DNA from: Anthoceros angustus
Lineage: Eukaryota > Plantae > Anthocerotophyta
Direction of reading: 5' to 3'
DNA length: 64,000 nucleotides
Assembly: GCA_010909165.1 (NCBI GenBank)
Contig: MU008184.1
Coordinates: 806,001-870,000, forward strand
The position numbers were made by a program, and so were the translations under genes. Shown here piece after piece: positions 59,411 through 64,000 of this stretch (positions are counted from its first letter, which is position 1; each line of letters starts with the position of its first letter). A model generated the notes under the pieces. That model was not told the DNA's origin, did not search any database, and saw only the letters and a program-made list of their open reading frames with translations.

Positions 59411-60300
59411 GAAGGCATAGTGCTCGTGGAACTCTTTGGAGGCATCGGCCTTGGGCAGTGCTAAAGTGTGGCATCAAAGTGCGAAGATCGTGCATTGTGA
59501 CCCGGATCCAAAAGCAAGGATTGTGTCACGCGCGTAAGAGACTTGATGGGGAGTACCTAACCTCCTCGGCGTGGGAGTCGGTGAAGGGTTACCGAGCTGC
59601 CGATGGATGTTCGCATGATAGGGTTGTCCCATTTGAGTTGTCTTGGGCAACCGGTGGACCTTGTCATCGCAGTTGGGAGTGTCAAGGACTATCCTCTGCG
59701 GGGTCAAGGTCGAAGGATCCACGACAGCATTGTTCTATGACTGATGAGGATCTTGCGCTTGATCCGAAAGGGCAAGAAAGGCCTTGTGGATACATGTTGG
59801 AGAATGTGCCCGCATGCATGAGCGTGAAGAAGCAAGTTCGGAGGACTTTGCCACGATCCGAGGAGTGTTGGGTCGGGAGCTTCTATTGGATGCGCTCAAT
59901 TTGGTTCGAGGGCTCATAGGTTGAGGTCCATGTGGACTAACCTTGCTCCCTTGGAACATTTGAAGTGTGCGGTCGTTCACCAAGCGACCTAATCATGTTG
60001 TCAAGGATGTGCTAGCATCGGGAAGGCATGCCCAACAAGTCATCAAGGCCGACAAGCACTTCCACAGAACACGCTGGACACCCCATGGCGGCTTGGCCAA
60101 CCTTTGTGTCTAAGTCCAAGTCTTACGCCTTGGGAACCATATGGCGTGAGTGACATGGCGAGGCCTTGGGAGAGCCAACAACCACAGAGAGGAGTTGGCC
60201 ATGGGATTTGATCGAGCCACGAAGACACCGGGAGTGACCGAGAAGGAACGGTGTCGATTGCTTGGGCAAGCATTTGACATGAACATGATGACCTGGTTGT
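59411..60300 (+). pseudogene. C5-cytosine DNA methyltransferase domain inside the retroelement pol, frameshifted
   Basis: Motif I EGIVLVELFGGIG (59411-59449); IV PVDLVIA.WECQGLSSAG (59651-59703); VI GYMLENVP (to 59811); VIII LDA.QFGSRAHRLRSMWTNL (59886-59944); IX/X ELAMGF..RCRLLGQAFDMN. Confidence 0.9.
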
Positions 60301-61499
60301 TCAACGATGGAGTCGCTTACCAACTTCGAAACCAGAAGAAGGCGGGGTTGAAGCAGCAGGTTCGGTGGGTAAAAGGCATTCCAACACTCGCATCTCAACA
60401 GGAGAAGGCGAGTTTGGAGGGCAAGGAGAGTGAGCACATAGAGGAAGCGTGCAAGCCATCTGAGCCACAACCACATGAGTGGTTAGCAGGTCGAGTTGAA
60501 GAGCAATCAGCGTCGGCTAAAGGAGTTGTTGGAGGCATCGCGACATGTATTTGCTTTCACGCTTGCGGAGATGGGGAAGTACACCAAAGGGAAGTTCCAC
60601 ATAGAACTAATCAAGAATGAACCATGTTCGGGAGGCACAGCTCGATGAGCAAGAAGAAAATGGCGAGCAACGGGGAGAGTAGTCCACATGCAGGCCCATA
60701 AGGATCAAGACAAGCCTCCACTCATGGACAAGGTTCATAACCTCGGGCGACATTCCGAAGGAGATTGGTTTTGTGCACAATGCGCTACATGAGGTGCGTC
60801 GTGTGTAGTCCTACTAATGATAATGTTTTGACTTAGAGTCTCACATTATCGGGGATTGGTTGCACCTATATATCTGCGTATTCGATTTGTTGCTTGGTTG
60901 TTGGTCGAGGAAGTGCTTATATGAATTCAAGTGCTTACCTCGTGCATATCATGTGTGATACTAATCTCTGCACTTGGGTTTAGTGTTTGATTAGCATTAA
61001 TTAATCTAATTACTTATCTTTAAGTAAGTAATTAGTGTTAATTAATCTAAAGTGCTTATTAATTAAGCATTGATTAGTGTTAATTAAACATGGTTAGCAA
61101 TAGCTAAGTGGATAAGCTCAAGTAATATGGCATATTCCTTGCATATTATAGTGTATTCTTAGAACAATAGCTAAGTGGATAAGCTCAAGTAATATGCTTT
61201 GGCATATTCCTTGCATATTATAGTGTATTCTTGGGATATTTCGCATATGATGCGATAGGATATCTTAGGAATATGCGATGCAGTCTAGTATATATAGACC
61301 CTTCCATTGAGACAAGCTCGGATCATAGCTTGTCCTCTAGATATCTCTGTCTGAGTGTTGTGAGGAGGCCAAAGCTATGACTCCGGGAGGCGATGTGTGA
61401 GGAATTTGCGTGTTGTTCTGGGGAGGTGTGTTTGTGCCACGACGCTGAGCTACTCCCTCCTGTTGTTGTGGTTCTTCTTCTTAGCCTCCACTGTGGCGT

Positions 61500-64000
61500 G
61501 TTAGCTACGCGATGGCGCTCGTGTTGATGGAGATTGTCTCCGTTCTTGGTTCGGTGATTGACTCGGCGTATAGGCGATCACGTAACGCTCCGGGCACATT
61601 GGATCTCCCACTGTGCCCCAATTCTTTACATAGCGGAAGGCACATAGCCTACGTTGAGGTTCTGGGCGATGCAGCCGCGCAGTGACCGGCATTCCGCTTA
61701 AAACAACATCCCCGAGCGGACATTGGGCGTTGTGAAGGATCCGGCCTCCGCGGTCTGGTGGCGGTCGTGAACTATAGCGCATCCACGAAGGCGCCGGTTG
61801 GTAAGTTGGCCTCATTGGCTGCGGTGGTCGTCCTCCATCGCTTGTACTTGGTAAGCTTCATCAACATACGGTAGTCACGGTGTGTAGGCTTCTACAGTTG
61901 TTGCATGTCTTGGCGCTTTGACACACTCTCGATTCGTATGGCACGATTGGTGACATCGAACAATACACTAGCTATGCGCGGTGAAGGAGATCTCCTAGGC
62001 GCACAGTTGCGGCTGACCTCCAATTGATCAATCTCCTTGTCAAAGCCTCAATTTGGTTGTTTAGACCTCCACCACACAGTGGCGTTGCTCCTCTCCATTC
62101 GGTGCGCTCCTTTACCCTTCTTGTCTTTCTCGCTTGGCGCTCGGCCTCTTCTTGTCTTCGTCAATCTCTCCAAATCCTTCTTCATTCTCCTTTCGTAGGC
62201 TCCGTCTCCTCATCCGTGGGTGACTCGATGACACTTCCTTGTTTCGGCGTGAAGAGGCGAAGAATGAGAGGACGAGGGAGGCGGAGGATCTGCCTCCCTT
62301 ATGCTTCCCATGCTCCCTCCGCTTCTTCCTTGACGACCAAGCTCCCGTAATCTTCAGCCAACTTCAATGCTCCTTGCGTAGTCGTTCCTCTCGACAAGAA
62401 CATCCATCTTAGTGGGCAACCCACTTACAAACCAATCTAACGCCCGCCATCAATAGCCTCGTGGTAGGACCTCCTCGAACAATGGTCTACACCTTGGAGC
62501 GATCCAAGTAGGTAGAACCTCTCACGTAATCATACTTGCTTCTTCTTTCTCCTGCGGAGAGTCCTCAATCTCGCCAATGTATGATGTCCGTGACTCAACC
62601 CTCTAAACCTTGTTAGGAACTCGATTTGAAGTCTTCCCAATGGCTTGTTGCGTCCCATACGCCCCATCGCATCATGCGTGTCCTCTTAACAAACCGGAAA
62701 AATTCGCAAACGGTCCGCCGCTGAATCCTCTAAATTAGCATGAGAGACATGCTCAAGCGTGCGAATAAAAGCCTCCGCTCTCCCTTCTTCTTGTCTCCAA
62801 ACTTCACATCTGCATCGACTATGTGGCGCAATGAGCCACCTCCTCCTACCGTGGTGCCTCCCACGACTCCACTCATGTTGGGCCTGGTTGGTGTTGCACC
62901 CCTTGCGCTGCTCCCAACATCGATCGATCGACGAATCGACACCACCGGTGTCTGCCCTCCGGCGAAATCGCTACCGACCTTCCGTTGGTACACCGCAACG
63001 TGTCTCGCCGAGGGTACCGTCCCTTTTCGTGATTTGAGACTGCCCTTCCAATGTCGACCTGCATTTCGGATCACTGTTTCGTCCCTTCTTGGTTCTTCCA
63101 ACTCTTCACCTTCACTGTGAAGTGCAAAATCTTCTTCTTCAAGTGCGTCGAGTGAAGGCACAAAATCCTCTTCCTCCCCTCGATCGCGTCGTTCTCTCAG
63201 ACTTCTTTCTCGCAGTTGATTCCTCCGTGTCGCTCGCAACTCTCTTGGTGAAATATATGGAGATGACCTTCCTCCGGATGCTCTTCGTTCACCACGTCCT
63301 CCGGTCATCGACGTACATCTTCACACTCTCCATTCGAACAAAGAAAAAACACACAGCCCACTCCCCGGCAACGGCGCCAAAAATGTGGTGGGAGGTTCCC
63401 GGGACCCCCGGAACCCTCACCAGAAGGCCACACTTATCCCAATCGGTCACAAGAGGTTTCGCTCCCACGAAGGGTGGGGAGCCCTTCCCGCGGATGGAGG
63501 TGCGCCTCGACCGACCTCTCGACTTATCGACTGCAGTGCCCTGACCGACTAACCGCCTCCTACTACGCCTGGGTGACCCACCCTCGGTAAGTCACACTAC
63601 CCCACGCGATGACTCGTCGGCGCGGACCTCGTCGCGAGAGGCACCTAATCTGCACCTTGGGGACCCCAAATCACCGTCATGGGCAATCCTCCCACCAGCG
63701 CAGCTCCTACCCCCTAAGACCCTTCTCATGACAAATTTGGGGCCGCCCCTCAAGCTCACACCCCCCTCCTCACCTCTTCTTTGTCTTTTCTCTTTCTCTC
63801 TTGCTCCTTCCTTCTCCTCTCTTGCTCATCCTCTCTAGCTCCTCTCTCGCTCTCCTCTCGCCTCACTCTCGCCTCACCTCTCGCCTCTCTCTCGCCTCTT
63901 TCTCTTCTCTTCTCCTCTCTCTCTAATCTACCTCTTCCACTCTTCCTAGCTAACTATCGCCCGGGCGCCTCCCCGCCTCCCAAAGAATCGCCTCAGATCA
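61500..64000 (-). mobile_element. Athila/Tat-like Ty3 element: 5' LTR running off the window, tRNA-Asp-type PBS, decayed gag
   Basis: Minus strand reads ...CA-TTTT-TGGCGCCGTTGCCGGGGA (63362-63385), followed by the Arg/Glu-rich ORF 62730-63308 and broken gag-like sequence. Confidence 0.75.

Larger units (their letters stand above)
55044..61460 (+). mobile_element. Ty3-like LTR retrotransposon: gag - protease - C5 DNA methyltransferase - start of RT; internally deleted
   Basis: LTR1 55044-56170 (TGTGA...TCACA); its first ~430 bp recur from 60954. Gag with CxxC..H..C knuckles; protease VLID.GA.VIVGRRVKEALGL near 58740; DNMT motifs; FAFTLAEMGKYTKGKFHIEL near 60550, resembling the RT N-terminal region. 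Confidence 0.85.

Overview
Compact, gene-dense nuclear DNA from a non-seed land plant. A hornwort such as Anthoceros is inferred from the short introns, LL-type PPR motifs, and both 'WW'-type and 'KP/GRP'-type DYW editing factors. The assembly looks noisy (homopolymer indels, near-identical tandem duplications). Genes: three tandem PLS-class PPR genes truncated after a PGxSWW box (5-14 kb); a three-finger CCCH gene; three secreted 8-Cys proteins; a LanC-like gene; an intronless PARP6/8-like mono-ADP-ribosyltransferase fused to a UBE2Q-like E2; an 11S-type bicupin; two DYW:KP PPR genes (candidate U-to-C RNA editors); and a decayed PIG-W. Transposons: a nested cluster at 20.7-28.5 kb and several Ty3 elements. 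Three signals stand out. (1) Both DYW:KP genes carry an intact OSB-type PDF ssDNA-binding motif at the N-terminus, and one WW-type gene keeps a remnant of it. (2) An LTR retrotransposon has a C5-cytosine methyltransferase between protease and RT. (3) A 1.5-kb TIR transposon (30-bp TIRs, AATG target-site duplication) carries a beta-class N4/N6 DNA methyltransferase fragment. All family assignments come from recognising motifs by eye; no searches were run.
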